A stretch of DNA of 64,000 nucleotides from Verrucomicrobiota bacterium (GTDB lineage Bacteria > Verrucomicrobiota > Verrucomicrobiia > Chthoniobacterales > UBA10450): positions 11,310 through 75,309 of the forward strand of contig JBKPMO010000001.1 in NCBI GenBank assembly GCA_046732175.1, given 5' to 3'. Position numbers and translations under genes: made by a program. Position 1 is the stretch's first letter. Each line of letters begins with the position of its first letter. A model generated the notes under the pieces. It saw only the letters and a list, made by a program, of their open reading frames with translations. It was not told where the DNA came from and did no database searches. Of the stretch, positions 62,674 through 64,000 are shown piece by piece.

Positions 62674-64000
62674 CTAGCGATGCAATCTTTGTAACTCTTT
62701 TAACTTCCTCTTCATTTTTCCCGCGTTCTTCATCAGCTTGCGCATCTGATTGAAACGCTGGAGCAAATCGTTGACTTCGGTAACGGTGCGGCCGCTTCCA
62801 CGCGCGATCCGCTGACGTCGGCGCGCATTCAAAATGTCGGGCCGGCTGCGCTCTTCCGGTGTCATCGAGAGCACAATCGCTTCGACCCGCCGGAGTTGCC
62901 TGTCGTCTACCGAAAGGCCGGGGACGTTACTCATTCCGGGCAACATGCCAAGAATATTCTCGAGCGGGCCGAGCTTGCGCATCATTTTGAACTGTGCCAG
63001 GAAATCGTTGAAATCGAACTTTGCGGTGCGCAACTTTCGCTCTAGTCGCTCCGCTTCTTCCTCATCGACAGCCTCAGCTGCCTTTTCGACCAGCCCGACG
63101 ATGTCGCCCATCCCGAGAATTCGGCCAGCCAGTCGGTCCGGTATGAAGACTTCGAACTGATCGAGCTTTTCGCCGACGCCGGCGAATTTGATCGGCCGAT
63201 GCGTCACTTCGCGCATCGAAAGCGCTGCGCCGCCGCGCGCGTCGCCATCGAGTTTGGTCAAAACGATTCCGGTGATCTGGAGCGCGTCGTTGAAGTGGGT
63301 CGCGACACTGACCGCTTGCTGACCAGTCGCCGCATCTGCCACAAGCAAAATTTCCTGCGGCTGCAGGAAATCGCGCAGTCGTTTCAGTTCCTCGACAAGT
63401 GGTTGATCGATTTCCTGCCGACCCGCTGTATCGAAAATGTCGACGTTGTAGCCGCGGTCGCCGGCCGCGGCTAAAGGAGATCCGCTCGCGTCGGGCTGTA
63501 CCCCAACCGCCGCCGCAGCCGCGCGCAATACATCTTTCTCGTTAGGTGCCGGCGTGAAAATCGGGACGTCGATCTGTCTGCCAAGCGTTGCTAGTTGGTC
63601 GATCGCTGCCGGACGCTGCAAATCCATCGCGACCAAACGCGGGGTGTGGCCCTGCTTTTTTAATAAGAGGGCCAGTTTGGCAGCTGAAGTGGTCTTCCCG
63701 GCGCCGTTCAACCCGACCATTAAAATGCGCGCCGGCTTTTCCAGATTCAACGGGGCCGCATCGCCACCGAGTAACGTCGTCAGCTCGTCATGAAAAATCT
63801 TAACGATTTGCTGGCCAGGCGTGATACTGCGCAAGACTTCTTCACCAAGGGCTTTTTCCTTAACCCGCGCGGCAAAACTTTTCGCGACCTGGAAATCGAC
63901 ATCCGCCTCGAGCAATGCCAGGCGCACTTGCCGTAGCGCGTCGTTAATGTTCGACTCACTGATCGTGCCGTGACCGCGCAGGTCCTTGAAGATGTCCTGT
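62674..64000 (-). CDS. ffh: Signal recognition particle protein Ffh (N-terminus beyond the right edge)
   Basis: The frame stays open to the window edge (QDIFKDLRGHGTISESNINDALRQVRLALLEADV...). GLNGAGKTT, DTAGR, TKLDGDARGG and a Met-rich M domain. The track M at 63927 is an internal GTG. Confidence 0.95.
   Translation of the reverse strand, partial: QDIFKDLRGHGTISESNINDALRQVRLALLEADVDFQVAKSFAARVKEKALGEEVLRSITPGQQIVKIFHDELTTLLGGDAAPLNLEKPARILMVGLNGAGKTTSAAKLALLLKKQGHTPRLVAMDLQRPAAIDQLATLGRQIDVPIFTPAPNEKDVLRAAAAAVGVQPDASGSPLAAAGDRGYNVDIFDTAGRQEIDQPLVEELKRLRDFLQPQEILLVADAATGQQAVSVATHFNDALQITGIVLTKLDGDARGGAALSMREVTHRPIKFAGVGEKLDQFEVFIPDRLAGRILGMGDIVGLVEKAAEAVDEEEAERLERKLRTAKFDFNDFLAQFKMMRKLGPLENILGMLPGMSNVPGLSVDDRQLRRVEAIVLSMTPEERSRPDILNARRRQRIARGSGRTVTEVNDLLQRFNQMRKLMKNAGKMKRKLKELQRLHR

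Overview
This is a 64-kb chromosomal segment from a moderately GC-rich Gram-negative bacterium. Composition was not computed. The gene content and the many short intergenic oligonucleotide 'phrases' and palindromic elements suggest a soil Verrucomicrobiota-like organism, but that is inference only. I can support about 65 protein genes, one tRNA-Arg(ACG) and a fluoride-riboswitch leader in front of crcB. I saw no rRNA, CRISPR array, transposase, integrase or phage gene. Housekeeping blocks: accB-accC-thiE-pfkB-DUF2147-nuclease; gltA-sucD/sucC; clpB; ffh-rpsP-KH-trmD; lnt-namZ-like-3D; an aminotransferase with a 2-hydroxyacid dehydrogenase; and a phosphoglucomutase. There are also three histidine kinases, two response regulators and four GNAT genes. 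Observations most worth a second look: (1) sucC and sucD are separated by two tandem VOC/glyoxalase genes, and the insert is bracketed by oppositely oriented arrays of the 8-mer AATGACGA. (2) A same-strand five-gene envelope module encodes an amicyanin-like cupredoxin, a histidine kinase, a porin-like OMP, an OmpR regulator and a Tat-exported ferritin-like protein. (3) Gene fragments (ADH C-terminus, FtsX/ADOP permease C-terminus, alpha/beta-hydrolase N-terminus) lie downstream of a PadR gene. (4) Several families of REP/MITE-like palindromic elements share modules, and one of them supplies the C-terminus of a reductase gene. (5) Two paralogous 106-aa four-cysteine LTXXQ proteins are present, one directly downstream of clpB. 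(6) Several perfect palindromes and direct repeats sit in regulatory positions. I found no convincing novel multi-gene system such as a defence island. All functional calls come from motif recognition by eye. No database search, covariance model or folding program was run.
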